Positions 1 through 16,219 of a DNA stretch of 64,000 bases are shown here, one piece after another; position 1 is the stretch's first letter; every line of letters begins with the position of its first letter. The notes under the pieces were generated by a model. The model did not search any database. It saw nothing but the letters and a program-made list of their open reading frames with translations, and had not been told where the DNA came from. The DNA comes from the human T2T-CHM13v2.0 reference genome, Homo sapiens. Position numbers and translations under genes: made by a program. Where the stretch lies: the NCBI RefSeq assembly GCF_009914755.1, contig NC_060933.1. One strand, given 5' to 3'.

Positions 1-39
1 CTCTTTTATTTCCATCCATTGCATTAACGACTTGGATTT

Positions 40-205
40 GTGTCTGAATCCCAGATGACCCATTAACGAATTGTGTGTCTTTGGATGAATGATTTTTTCT
101 TGAGCGTCATTTTCTTTGAAATTTTATAGGGTTGTGGAAAATATTATGTATAACAGTGTTTATAAAAGCATTTGGTGCATTCTCTGGCACATAGTAGGCC
201 TTAAG
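40..205 (+). mobile_element. MIR fragment
   Basis: Degenerate MIR core (gaatcccag...tgtgtgtctttgg) and tail (tctctggcacatagtagg). Confidence 0.55.
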
Positions 206-2225
206 TTCAACTATGTAACCATGAAATAAGCTTAGAAATATGTAGAGGTTCTGTGTAACACATAAGCAGTTCTTAAGTAATTTTTATTACACAACCTACT
301 ACCATTAAGTATAAAATCATACTGCTCTTAAAAGTGAAATTGCCACAATTTGGTTATCATTTTTGCCTTGGCTGCTTGTCTTGGCCATCAGTACCATCCA
401 GCTCTTCATCTGAGGTAGGAGTCTACTAAGCATCCTCCTGGAAGAGGTATAAAAACTGACTCTTCATTTTAATACAGAGTCTATAAATGGGGAAGCTGCA
501 GGAACAGCTCACAGACTGTGTTAGGAAGACAGATTTTTCTGCGGGCTGAGAACTGAACCAGCTTGCAAAGCACTCGAGCTATTTACGACTGACATTTAAG
601 CAACTACTCTACTAAGAAAGAGGAAGATAATGGAAATAATAACCCTGAAAATTCCATTGAGGCACATTTCTTTTGAAGGAACCCATGACAGTGGTTCAAA
701 AGTTGACCACTGGAGCAACCGCCTGGTCCCTTTGTCCTTGGAGAGATGGGTCGTAGCATGAAGGCTTCTAATTAGAAAAGTCCACGTGGTTCCAAGAAGC
801 AAGGCCATTTTCATCTACAGCTCTTGCTGCCAACTTGCAGGCCACAGCGAGCTGCACTCTGAACATGCTGGGTACTTTCTCCACTTGTGCCCCTCACAGC
901 ACCTCATCTGGTCTGCAGCAAGCTGGAAACAGCATTTATCACTGTGAACCACATTTTGGCCCTTAGACTTATATACTCATTTCCAGGGACGAGGTAGCAG
1001 AGAAGGAGGAGGTTCTGCTACTCACATCTGCAAAAGGTTCAAACAAGGGGATGGGAACGGGCAGAGCAGGTGGCTAAAAGCGACAATAGGGAAATAGGGG
1101 GGAAAAAACCGAGTGAGAAGGCAGCATGCTTAAAGCACTCTTGATTAAAAGATGTAATCAGTTTTCATTTGAATATCCCCAAACCACCCAAAACCCTAGT
1201 GCGTGGTGGCCTATGGCTTCCAAATTCTCAAAATGATAAGCTGCCAAAGCAAACTAATTGCAGTGTGTCTCAGTAATTGCCATGTGTGGATATATACAGT
1301 TATAGTAAAATGGTTCAGTGAGTCCTGATGGTGATAATGCACATTTGGAAAATACATAAAATAGAGATTCTCAAAACCAAGAACTCCTGAGGGTCCGAGA
1401 TGGATCTGAAAGCCAGCTCTGCCATGTACTAGCTGTGTGGCTTTGAGGGAACTCTAGCCTCTCTGAGCCTATGATCCCTATTTATAAAAAGAGAAAGTAA
1501 CACTCACATGGCATCAGAATCCTCAACGTGGGAAGGAGAAGCAGCACAGGGAACAAAGGATTCAGTGCCCAGCTACCCATTAGTAGCCACCCACATTCCA
1601 TCACCTGCCAACTACTCCCTATAACTCAAAATTCCTGGATACAAGTAAGGATCAGAATGAAGGGTGGAGGATTTGGATATTCTGTATCTGATGCAGTGTG
1701 GAGCAAACACTTTGCCAAGGTTGACAAGAAAGAGTTGGGAATTTTTCTATGAGGGGGAACACTGGTTGCTAGTATATATGTATCCCTACTGGGTGGCTGC
1801 AAGGATCAACTGAAATAATAAACACGAAAGTATTTTGCCAACAGTAAAACCCACTAAAAATTCTAGCTCCTGCTGTCTCATTATAAGCCTGGTGTTACCT
1901 GTCATCCTCCCTTCTCTGAGTAGAAAGGTAAATCTGCCCATGGTTCTATCAGTCATTTTCCCATAAACTCACAAGCAATCTTTTGACCAGGGCTACTTGG
2001 ACCTAAAACAGAACAAGGGAAGCATGGTAAAGAATGAAGATTTAATTTTAAATGCCCTTGTCTTTCCAACTAAGCTTTGCTGTAAGAAAGATCCGGCAGA
2101 GAAGATTCCAGACAGAGATTTCATGGATTACTAAAAGGAAGTGCTGCTGCATCTCAATTCCCTTCAGCCTCCCCTGAAATCTGTGTGAGCCAGCCTGGTT
2201 CTATAGCTTTTTAAAAGACTTCCCC

Positions 2226-2541
<316 letters not shown>

Positions 2542-4849
2542 CTAGAGAGTCTTAACCTCTTGAGTCACAGGCAAATTGCTTCCTTTGGGTTATCTCCGAC
2601 TGGGGAGCCACGGTGAGAGGGCATTGAGCCCTACACTTGGTGTCTAGGCCAATGATTCTTACCAGGGTTGGGGGGCATCAGCTCCACCTTGGCATGTGTG
2701 TTGAACATGCACATTCCTGAGCTCTACGGCCGACTCTGGAAGAAGTGCCTGGAATTCTGTATATTTAATAAGGTATTTCTTAAAAGTTTGAGAGGCTCTA
2801 AGAGAACATCTTTAGATGATTTACAAACATCTGAAAGTTTTCCAAGTGAAATACCAATTTAAAACAACAACAGAACGGCTCTAATTTCATTTGAAATGGA
2901 GAGAGGGAGTTCTTCCCATGGGCATCTCTTCCCCTTGGGCAGGCTCCCAGCCCTTTCTGCTGGTAGATGGGGCTCTTGGGGATAAGGTGGTGATGATTGT
3001 TCCAAAAGGGCCTTGAATTACACTCTCAGTAGATATGGATCCAGATGACTTGCCTGGCTCTCTCTCCCAATGCCTGTCTCTCACATGTCAGTTCTTGGTC
3101 AAGGTGAAATCATGGGACCTAATTTGAGTGACTCAGAAGTCTTGTTCTCACTGTTGGTCCCATACTGATCTTGTGGCTTAGACTTCTGTTGTCCAGCTGT
3201 AACCAAACTCCCACATTACATCCGCTTTACTAACTAGGTGATTTTTTGCTTCTTCGAATCCGAGTCTGTTATTACACAAATTTCCAGCACTCTAATCTAA
3301 AAGTGGGCCCCTACCTCATCCTTGCCAGTGATCCAATGACTCAATTATTTTTCCCTCCGAACCTCTGCTTCATAGCTGAGTCTCTATTATATATGGTTAG
3401 GCTTCCCCAAAACCTACTCTCTGGAACATTATGTTAAGATTACATTTGGGCTTGAAGTAAGAGTATGGAAACCTATATAAGTGGCTTTGAGATAGGAAAG
3501 TGGATGTTGTATTTGGGAAACCTGACATACATCACTGGATCCCGGGATCTCTGTTATCTCCATCTGGCTACCAGGAAGCCTGCCTTTGTATCTTGTCAGG
3601 CATTCATCCAACAAGTATTTATTGGGCAATTTCTGTATACCCATAGTTACTAGGCACTGATAAAAATTATGTATGTAAGAGTGATTTATAAAACATATAT
3701 TGATATATGAATGTAGGTACTGCCACTGACCTCATGGGTATTGACAAAAATACCACATCAGCCCAGATCCACAGATGCAAAGAACCTTGGGTAATTATTT
3801 GGCCAATTCAGATTCCCTGAATGATTTTGTCACAATGGCAAGGAAATTTAAGAACTTATTTTGGGATGTGTGAGATGAGGTTGGGTTTGGTGATGAACGT
3901 AAGAAGGGAGGGTTCAGTAGTCATACTTAAGTGATCTAGAAAAAATACCGAAATGTTTTTATTTCAATAGACTTACATCTTGTAAGGCCTAGTTCTCAAA
4001 GACCTCACGAAAGAATGACATAAAGAGTTTAGTCTGAACAATCTGGTTAGAGAGGGGAAATTCCTGTAATCAGAAAGAGCACTCACAATTCTACGTAAAC
4101 CAACGAGAAATTTTAAGGGAATTGGGATTGTTTTGTAACATGTTGCTGAGCTCAGAGGCTGTGAATGGGGACAGATCAAGCCAGTTCTAGCATTCTATTG
4201 TTTTTGTTGTTCTGTTTTATGAAGAGAGTGGCCTCGCTACCAGCAACCCAGATGTTCACTGATGTATTTTAAGGAAGCTCCATCTATAGCTGTTACATTT
4301 TTTTCTTCTTCTAAACCATCAATTGTTTACCATATTTATAAGGGTATTTCCAGTTTAAAATATAAGAAATATAAGACATAGATTGTCATTAACATGTTTA
4401 GCCCTGAAGAGTCCAACAGAGGAACGCCTAGAATAGTGTTATCAGAAAAACAATTAATTCATTTTAAGAGTTCCCTTCATTAGAGGCCAACTTCATGAGT
4501 TTCAGGTATAAGAACATTTGCTTCTAGAAAGATGTCATTACTTCCCCCAAAGAAAGAAAAAGTGCTAAGTCTATAATAATATTAATTAAACACTTTCTGT
4601 AGGCATTTTTAAGTTGACTGACGAAGTCATGATGGTCAATGATATAAGGGATTTTTCTGGATATTTCTTTCTCATCAATAAATTTCTGAGTTCCAATCAG
4701 GAAAACAAACTGTCTTGCTGCAAATGACACAGCTTGACTGACAGGGTGAAAGATACTTAAATAATGTAAAAACCCAGGTCCTAGCTCTTGTTATTTAATC
4801 CCTGTTACTATTAATACTGTCTTTAAGTGTTCAATGAAAATATAAAAAG

Positions 4850-5620
4850 ATGCTCAATTACATTACTAGCTAAAGGAAAAATTAAAGCAAGTCACCAATC
4901 TTTGCTTTACAAATCGGCAAAATACTAACATTCAGTGTGAGGAAATGGGCCCTGTGATGTGCTGCTGATGAGAGTCTAAATTAGTATAGCCTTCCTAAAA
5001 GAGTATGTGTCAATACCTATCCAACTTTAAAATGTGCAACTCAGTAATCCAGCATTTTCTCTTTTAGAAATATTTCCTAAGAAACTGTGCAAAGATATAT
5101 ATATATGTGTGTGTGTGTGTACAGGAGTGTTTATATAAACATGCATATATATATGAAGAGATTTAACAGAATTGCTAGAAAAAGTAAAAAATGAAAAAAA
5201 TGTTCATCAATAAGGGAATGATTTAAAAAATGATGACCTATTCTTATGAGAGCTGTACAATTAAGAAGACTCTATATGCAATGACCTGGAAAGCAAAAGC
5301 ATATATTTGACTAAGTTTAAAAAAATCAAGTCATAAAACAAAATATAGAATGTGAGGTGCAGAACGTGAGGCCATTTTTATAACAGGGCATATGGGCATA
5401 TACATAGACACAGTTATGTCTCCTTCTATGAGCATTTAAAAAGGTCTAAAAGAATACTTGCCAATCTTTTAATAGTCATTACCTTTGAGCAGTGGAATTG
5501 GGGCAAACATAAGGCTGGGAGGGGACTTAAACTATAAGTTTCAGTACTGTAAGGACTTTAAAAAACTGAACAAGTAAAATTTTTCTTTTATAATATAAAA
5601 AGTCAGTAAGAATTTGTAAA
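4850..5620 (+). mobile_element. Ancient L1M 3' region fragments
   Basis: Degenerate L1M motifs (tgctgatgagagtctaaattagtatagcc; atatttcctaagaaa; aatagtcattacctttg), A-rich. Confidence 0.6.
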
Positions 5621-5739
5621 TTGTATGTAAGGACTGTGCTAAAAGCCCAGGAACCCAGGTTTGTTGATTTATAATAGTAATTAGGCTTCCAAAGTTTCCC
5701 CCAGCATACCCGTACTTGAGCAAGCACAGTGCATAATGG

Positions 5740-5799
5740 CATGTACACATACACACGTGCATGCCCACGCACGCACACACACACCCACACACACACACA
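5740..5799. repeat. Imperfect (CA)n / alternating RY repeat
   Basis: catgtacacatacacacgtgcatgcccacgcacgcacacacac... Confidence 0.85.
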
Positions 5800-5877
5800 G
5801 TGGGGTAATCCCATTGGGAGCCGTTAGATAGAGAGCTCTCCCCTCCCCATGGGGACAGCCCCCAATCAAAGGCTTAA

Positions 5878-6110
5878 TAGCAGCATTGCAGAATGGCTAA
5901 AAGCACAACTCTGGAGTCAGATGGTCCTGGGTGCAATTTCCAGCTCCACTGTTTCAAGATTTAAAACTTCTGGGCACCACAGTGATTTAGATTCCCCACC
6001 TGTAAAATGGGAGTAAACAATGCCTTCTTTATAGTGTTGTTATGGAGGATTAGTGAGCAAGGGCATGACAGGCATTCACTACACTGCCTGACACAGAAAA
6101 AAGTGATTTT
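5878..6110 (+). mobile_element. MIR
   Basis: ctctggagtcagatggtcctggg ... ctgtaaaatggga ... gttgttatggaggatta ... tgcctgacacag. Confidence 0.8.
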
Positions 6111-6922
6111 TCAGCTATCAGTGTCCAAAGACATGCAGTCAAGCAGTTGGTGGGAAATGACTTCATCTTGCAAATCACAGCACCTCTACTGACAGCAGAA
6201 TGTTAACCCTATAAGGAACCGCATATTTATGGTTCCGTACTTAACTTTCAAGCAAAAGCAATTCCCAAGTAACTAAAAATTTCCATAATACTGTATCAGT
6301 AGGCACCACCACAAAGTATGATTGTGGGCTTTGGGGTCAGACTGGGTTTATAAAACCACCTCTGATACTCACTAGGTATATGAGTTAGGGCATGGTACTT
6401 AAGCTCTTCCATTGTCTCACCTGGGAGGTTGCTCTGGACTTGCTCAGAGCACCAGGTATCTGATACACAGTAGAAAAATAACAATAACAGCTGCAATGAC
6501 GTGAGCATCTACTGTAGTCCAGGCATTCTCTCATTCTTGTGCCAAGTCTGAAACAGGGGTGTCAGTATCATCTATTAAACTTGAGAACCTCAGAATCAGG
6601 GCATTGCATGACCTGCTCATAGGATTCCAGTTAGTAACTGCCATCTTCTTGCCTCCAAACTGAAAATGTTTTCTTAAGCAAAGGACTGGTATCTATGGGC
6701 ACTGTGAATTCCTCACAATCCCTCTTCCACAGGGCTGCCATGGCCCAGAACTTTACTACCACACACTCAGTACCAGCTGTGTCTCAGTATCCTCTTTTAT
6801 TATGCAGATACTGACAAGAAGCAGTGATATATTAAGTTTACCTCAATGTGTAAGTGAATTGTTAGTTCATCCTATTTCCTCTGGGAAGAGGTCTCAGGCA
6901 GATGGTAAGCACTGGGTATTTA

Positions 6923-7363
<441 letters not shown>

Positions 7364-8251
7364 TCAGTCTAAGAAGCCATAAGCAAAAATCCCTTTATTC
7401 TTGTCTTTTCTTTCTGTTCATTCATATTTATTTAATGAGCAGTTATTAAGCACTTACAGTGTGCAGAATATTGTGGGACAATGTAGTCCCTGTCCTGAGA
7501 CTTACAATTTAGCAATAGTTGATTCAATCATTTAATACTCATATTCATCAAACATAGCACATTAATATGGTGAGTTTAATCTGTGTGGGTGCACATGCAC
7601 TCATGCTTGTGTGTGCAGATGCTTAGTTATATATGTAGATTATTCACAGTTCAGTCATTTCCATAATCAATCATTCCAACACCTTTTCTGGTTCACATGA
7701 CCATCTCACACCCCTTCCACAAAACTCAGCATGTTGAAATGCTTACTGCACTCTGCATATACACCTAAAATTAACTTTTGTTTTTTAGAATTAGAACACA
7801 GTCTGAATTTCTCAAGTACTACTTATGTAAAACTGTTCTTGGGGTAATTTTGTAGTAATTAAGTATATGAGAGTAATTAAGGACTTCTCCAAATCTAATC
7901 ATCAATCCCTGGTACTGTGTAAGCGTTAATAACATCATGGCTGATATGGAAAATTATTCCTGATTATGACTGCTGATGATAACATCAGAATAACATGAAG
8001 TTCACTCATCGGCTCATTTCTTTTGTGAATATGTCACAACTTTCTCCATGAAATCTATTACAATGTTGATTTATAATCAATTATATTTATCTTTCTGGGA
8101 TTTCAAGATGTGACACAATGCTTAAGTTCTAAGCAATACAATTTCTTGACTTACTGCTTTATTATTTCATAACCTCATATATGCAGTTATGATGAAATTT
8201 TCTGTGGGAGTGTTTACTGTCTTTAAAATCAGCCTTTAAAAACAACCTCTA

Positions 8252-8612
<361 letters not shown>

Positions 8613-9399
8613 TCATGGCTACAGCCCATAGGCATCTTGCTGGAAAGTACCATTGCACAATCACTGTGAGTAAACAGCCAACTGAGGAAGAAGTTAGCTA
8701 AACTTGTACTTGCCACCTCACTGCCATTTAAATATCAATGCTCTGATATTTCTACAGTTTGAAAGATGCTTTGGCTCTTTGGTGGGACAAGCCATTTACA
8801 ATGTGTTTTGTTCTTGGAGTCCTGTTGGTGGCTGGAAACCCTTTGTTTCTTGTTGCAGTCAATTTGAACTGGACTGACAAGCTTACAGCTCCAGACTGAG
8901 GTAAGAAAATGCCACCATTGTCTGGGAGCTGACTGGCCTGCTTTAGGAAGCCTGCAGGCAGGGCATGCTTTAAATCATGGGAAAGACAGCTCAGGAACCA
9001 CAGGAGCCGTGAACAACAGAGGGAGGGCGCCCCCTTCCCACTGCTGCTGCACTGATTTCAAACAGCCCAGGCTGAGGAGGTAGCTTCATGGTGTTTTCCT
9101 AACGAAATCTAGTAAGTGGTACATGGATGACAGAAATCTCTGTGTTGGCCACTGGAAACTCCAGAGGGATGCAAAATAAGAGCACACAGTGGAAAGTACG
9201 GAAACCTAAGAGAATGGAAGAGATGGGAAAACATGGGGTAGTCTACCCCGACTTCCAAGGAAGGATATGAATGAATCTGTCTGTGATTAGTCCCATTTTA
9301 CAGATTAGAAAACCATCCTAGAGTGTTTGGCAGCCCCTCCGGTGTGCCTATCCAGTAAAAACTGTGAACGGAATCTCCGTTTTGTTAAGTATGGCAATG

Positions 9400-10030
<631 letters not shown>

Positions 10031-10589
10031 CGAAAAATCTTGTCCTCTGCACAAATGTGTATTAAAAATAAGGTCTTTGAGAAATCTAAAATTGGGTCAG
10101 ACCACTGAAAATCTTTGATACCTTCTAATTACAGCAGTAATAAAATATCAAGAGGAAATTTAGGCAGGCAGTTCAGTGTGGCTATAGGCTCCTGGGTGGT
10201 TATTAAAAATCACACAAAATAGACTGGAAAGGCTGGCTTACAGGTACTGAAACAACAAGTGATAGCAGGGCCCAGTGCACAGGAAGGCGTGTGATCTGCC
10301 ATGAGCTGAAGGCCACGCAAGGCTGGATGTGCACCTCTGGGAGGGAGCCCCCTGGGACTGTGCTCATTTCAAATGTTATTAAAATAGAGCTGAAAGGGCT
10401 CCTGTCTGGACAGCAGCTAGGCTGAGGACGTTTTTGTTCTCTTCTCTTGCTATTCCAGCTTTTGTCTAGGAAAGACTGTATGTGAACAAACACAATTGCA
10501 CATTATCCTGACATCATTCCCCTATTAACCAGTTGCACCTGAGTGAACTGAACTCTTTAATAAGTCACTGTTGTGGTGTTCTGTACATG

Positions 10590-11010
10590 TGGCCCAACAT
10601 AATCCCAACAGTTAGAGCTTAATGTTCCTACCTCTCCCATTCCAGTCTCTACACAGCACTCTACTTGACTTTCCTAAAATACTGGGCTGACTTCTTCATT
10701 CGATAGGTTACAGTTAGCATGGCACAAAACCCTTCGTGAGCTGGCCTTGTGAGTTCTCCATTCTCTTCCTCCTCTACTCCACACCTTAACCTGTGTACTC
10801 CAGCCATCCCTTTGACTCTTCCCTCTGTGCACACACACGCCACGGTGTCATTTCCGTTCTCACCTGTGCTCTTTGCTTCCCCTCTGCCTGGAATGCCTTT
10901 ACTCACTTGGCCTGCCCAATAAGGTATTTATCTTCAAAACCCTCTTCAAGTATCACTTCTACAGACCCTTCTTTGACACCTTCTTCTGAATAAATCAGGT
11001 GCCTTTTGCA
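10590..11010 (+). mobile_element. L2 fragment
   Basis: ccctctgcctggaatgcc...tcttcaaaac...atcacttc...ccttctttgac is typical of the L2 3' region. Confidence 0.65.
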
Positions 11011-11894
11011 CCTTCTCTTATTGCATATGTCACAGTGCGTTGATTAAATGACATTCATGTTTGCATTGCACATAGTGGGTAACCAGTGAACACTTGCTGA
11101 ACTGAACTTGGTGTCTCCTTGATGGGCCCAGAAGCAGGAAAGTTGTGAAAATGCTGTTGTAGGAATTCTCATGGCATGCTGATAATCCTGGAGTGAATAG
11201 GGTATTTAGAAAGAAATGATCCATTAGTCCAGTAACAAAATGTACACATATCAACTCTTGGGCAACTAATCCAGGCAACATTCTGAAGCTTGTCTGGGCA
11301 AGAGAAGTGTCCTAAGGAGAAAGAAAAGACCGAAAAACAAGCTTACATGATTGCAGAGTGTCCCTATGTTTACATCTAAAATAAAGGACTAAAGTGCACT
11401 AAGAAGTTGCCTTGGAGATCTCACCCGAATGGAGACCCGTAAATACTACCAAGATTCAAACATTAAAGGAAATTATACCTCATTCCCTGTACTAATGAAG
11501 GCAAAATGAATGAATGAGATGGATGCAGAGTCAACAAACCTGAGCTCTGGTCCTGGGTCATTCACTAGGTAAGGAAACTTGAAAAAGCAGTGCTAGTAAT
11601 CTTTCAAAGTGTGCCTTTTACAAAATGCCGCAACAAAAATATAGGGAGAGCACACAATGTCTAGGCTCAGTATCATTTAGTATTACAGCACGATTAACAA
11701 AACTTGATGGATCTCATCTTCTTCATTTGGGAAGACCAAAGCCCCTCTGACTTGTAACCCTTCATAGCTCTCTGTAATGCAACAGCATCTACACACAGAG
11801 CAATCTACATTTCCCCATGGAAAAATATAAATGTATATTTATTTTAGTGTGCCTTTGCCTTAGAAACATGTTTTTGATTAAGAATATGGCTTGG

Positions 11895-12196
11895 GGCTGG
11901 GAGTGGTGGCTCATGCCTGTAATCCCAGCACTTTGGGAGGCCAAGGTGGGCAGATTGCCTGAGGTCAGGAGTTTGAGATCAGTCTAGCCAACATGGTGAA
12001 ACCCCATCTCTACTAGAAATACAAAAAAATTAGCTGGATGTGGGGGCATGCGCCTGTAATCCCAGCTACTCAGGAGGCTGAGGCAGGGGAATTGCTTGAA
12101 CCAGGGAGGTGGAGGTTGCAGTGAGCCAAGAACGTGTCACGGTACTCCAGCCTGGGTGACATAGTGAGACTACGTTCCAAAAGAAAAAAAAAAAAA
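11895..12196 (+). mobile_element. Alu (AluSx-like)
   Basis: Dimeric Alu with perfect TSD aagaatatggcttgg. Confidence 0.95.
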
Positions 12197-12944
12197 GAAT
12201 ATGGCTTGGAAATTTAGACGTTTTGATAAAGGCACCTGCATAGTTTGCTAAGGTAGCAATGCCCAGACATTTTATATTCTTATTTGTCTCAGTTCTTGTC
12301 TCTAAAAATACAGTGATGGTATTTCTCCCTGACCTCTACCTACGGCAGGGAGTATAGAAGAAATGGGGGTGACTACACTCATTAAAACCACGAAGTTTTT
12401 GAAAGAGAGAACAAACACTCACTTGAGCTATTGCATTAGCAACCCTGACACTGCTTTGGGCTTTAAAAATCAAGTTTTATTAGGTGACGGTGTTCCCTGT
12501 TACCAAGATGCTGTACAACTCCAGCAAACTCGTCCAACAAAAGCTGAAAGGCATGATCAATAAATGCAACTCATTAAGAAGGTCTCATTTTACCCTCAGC
12601 ATTGTATTGCCCACTTGAAAAATAGTAGATAAATTTTGTCCTTACCCTGAAGAGTAGTAGATAAGAACCGCTAGAAATGTTGCCTACAAAGTTCCAGAAA
12701 AACAATTTCAGAAAATGCTTGGAGAAGGAAGTAAGGCTACATCTGGATACCTACCAATTAACTACTAGCAGTGGACCAATGGCTAATACAGGGGCACGCC
12801 CTTTGCAACCTCATTGCAACAGTCACTGGCCCATCTTCCTGGAGAAAGTCATAATTTCTCAATTTGCCTAACTATATTTTAAACTTATTTTTAGGGCTGA
12901 TATTAGCAGTTTCTCATTGGCCATGGGGAAATTTTTAACAATTA

Positions 12945-13304
<360 letters not shown>

Positions 13305-14572
13305 TCATTATTTAACTAAAAAAAAGAAATGTGGAAGAAGAGTATTTTGCCAAGAGGTAGGGGAAAATAATGGGTAGATCCCATTTTCTGTATCCTCTTG
13401 TTCATTATTCATTTGTTGAATGAGGGAGTGTCAATCACTTAGTCAGTAAATATTTATTAAATGCCTACTTTGCACCAAGTATTATACCTGCCCTAGGGCT
13501 ACAAACATTATCCCTATTCTCAAAGAGTCTAATTTTTTAAAAAAGAAGGGAATAGAAGGAAAAGCATTAAATTAATTAAGCTCCTACTCTGTGCCAGGTG
13601 CTTTTCTTGTCAAATCTTCCTAACAACTGAAGAGAGAAGATAGATGAAATGCCCCCCACTTAACAAATGTGAACTAAGACTCCATGATTTACCCAGAGTC
13701 ACACAGTTCAGGGTAGACTAGTGTTTGCATTCAAATTGGTCTAATTTCAAAACACTTTTTAAAGATTTCTTTAGAGAAAAAAGAAGAAATCACCCATTAT
13801 CCTACCATCCTGATATAAAACCGTCAATATTTTGGAGAACTTCCTTCCAATTTTTCTTCTACACATAGGTCAATTTTCAAATTTTTAAAAATGTGTTTCA
13901 CAGTTGTAATCAAAATGTGTTATACTGCATTTTCTTGGAACTTTGACACCATCAACTGTGAAATGCTCCATTACTCTAGATAGCACCAGAAAGAAAAATC
14001 ACTGCCAATTATATGATGCCACTGTGAGCTATGTCCAGATTTCAGCGATGTTAAAATGTGAAGGTGAAGAATTTGTGTCTTAGAATCAATGGCCTACTCT
14101 ACACTTCACATAGCCCACACTCAGGCTGTGCATCTACTGCCTGGAGTGGTGAGGATGGCTTCATGGCACAGGGGACCTGGTTCTCTTTCAGAGTAGATAA
14201 ACTCCTCGACTGGACTGGCAGGCCCTCCTCAGAGGGAAGAGGGCTCAATTTGACTGTCTTTTGCATGCCTTGATGCCTTGTCTTGTGCACAGTAGGTACT
14301 CAAGAAGTATTTCTTGGTTGAATAAATACATAACTAAAGCTTGAGAAACAATGTATAGCCAGCAGAAGGTAAAAATGACCATGGGCCTGCAGAATGGTAC
14401 AAGTACAAATTCTGATGAGGGTTTGTGTGGCTACACTGGGGAAGTGGGGAGATGAGATGGACGGAACTTTGAGCCAGAACCAATAGCTCTGGTTTTTCAA
14501 GGTCTCTTCCTTCCTACAGCTGGCTGCTGTTTTAATATCACCTCGTCTTTGCTGTTCAGGCCTTTACGTTGA

Positions 14573-14877
<305 letters not shown>

Positions 14878-16043
14878 TACTTTGATGTTCTTATCCAAGC
14901 CTAGCTCCATAGTACTGGTTGATTCTGCCATCTTAGAAAATTATTCACACTCAATTTGCATATTGATTTAGATTTGTTTGTTTGGGAACATCACCCATTA
15001 ATTACAAGTATAACTCATACAGAGAAAATTCAGGCATCAGCAAGAGGCAGGTAGAGGACAGTAGTATTTTTCAGAAGTTGAAACATTCAGCCTAAAAGGA
15101 CAGTATCTCTTCTGCTTATACAGATCTGATTGCCCTAGGAAGTAAAAGCCTGTGACAGTTCAAATCTATATGACTTGGCAATTCAACTTTCTATGGATGC
15201 TCACTAAGATACGTGCCTGAAATGGCAAAATGAGTTTAAATAAAGAAAAGAAACTAAGACTTAGTTCTCTATGCATATTCCCCATTAAACACAAGATCTG
15301 CACATTTAGACAATCATTACCATTTCTCTTGCTTTCCTTTTCTCCTTTTCATCCTCCATTCACCTAACAAGTATCTGTCTCTTTGCCACTTGTGAAGAGC
15401 TGTGTTAAGTTCCCTAAAAGATATAATTTTCTGATGGGTCAGAAAATGCTCACAAAGAAGTCTGCACATTAATAGTGAAAGTATGTTTTATTCACAGATA
15501 AGTAAAACACAAGGTAGAGGAAGCATAAATACTACCAGAGAAAGACAGGCGATATAAAATCAGAGTTTAGAGCCTGGAGAGATGACATCGGCTGGGGGAT
15601 CAGGAAGGGCTTCAGAGAGGAGGTGTCATTCCACCTGCGCCTTGAAGGATGGAGAGGATGTGGACCTATGAGAATGAGAGCAAAAACCTAGCAGAGCAGA
15701 GGCATGCTTGGGCACAAGAACTCCTGTCATTTCTTTCTCCATGGGCTGTCTATTGTTTAGAAACAGGATGCTATTGCTGGTGTTAGAGCCCTGGCCAATG
15801 AAAAAACCAGCAACTTGAGCTGACCAGTGCGATGTGTCATAAATCATACCATCATCAGGCCAAAGTCAGGAAAATACCATAGGATTTCATGCCTATCAAG
15901 TGTGAAATTTTAGAGGCAAGTCATGAAAGCCTAAGCCTGGTGTAGAACAGAGCATCTGAAATCCACGACAGGTAACTAAGATGAAAAGCAACAGCACAAA
16001 TGTCACTTTTCAAAACTCAAGGGACTGCCAGCTTCTTGCTTAC

Positions 16044-16219
16044 CATGGACATGGATACCATTTGGTTGAAAAGAAGAGTTTGTTTCTGGCTGATAGGACT
16101 TCAGGTGTGAACCTGATGGCTGCTGGGTATAGGGAGGCTGTGTTCTTTGCAGTATTGAAGAAGGAGCTGGAACTCTCCGGGGGCTGATGTGGTGAGGAGA
16201 TGGAGCAGAAGGTGCAAAC
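16044..16219 (-). CDS. GLIS3: GLIS3 coding exon 9 (FAPSAPSPHHISPRRVPAPSSILQRTQPPYTQQPSGSHLKSYQPETNSSFQPNGIHVH+G)
   Basis: Acceptor ttgttttctcag|G and donor CATG|gtaagc. 176 nt, phase 2 to 1. AG+G gives Arg across the exon 8 junction. Confidence 0.97.

Noticed and set aside
4055-4064. Isolated NF-kB consensus GGGAAATTCC
   Set aside because: Single motif without a supporting cluster; expected by chance.
9235-9249. Quasi-palindrome GGGGTAG-T-CTACCCC
   Set aside because: 7-bp arms are expected several times in 64 kb.
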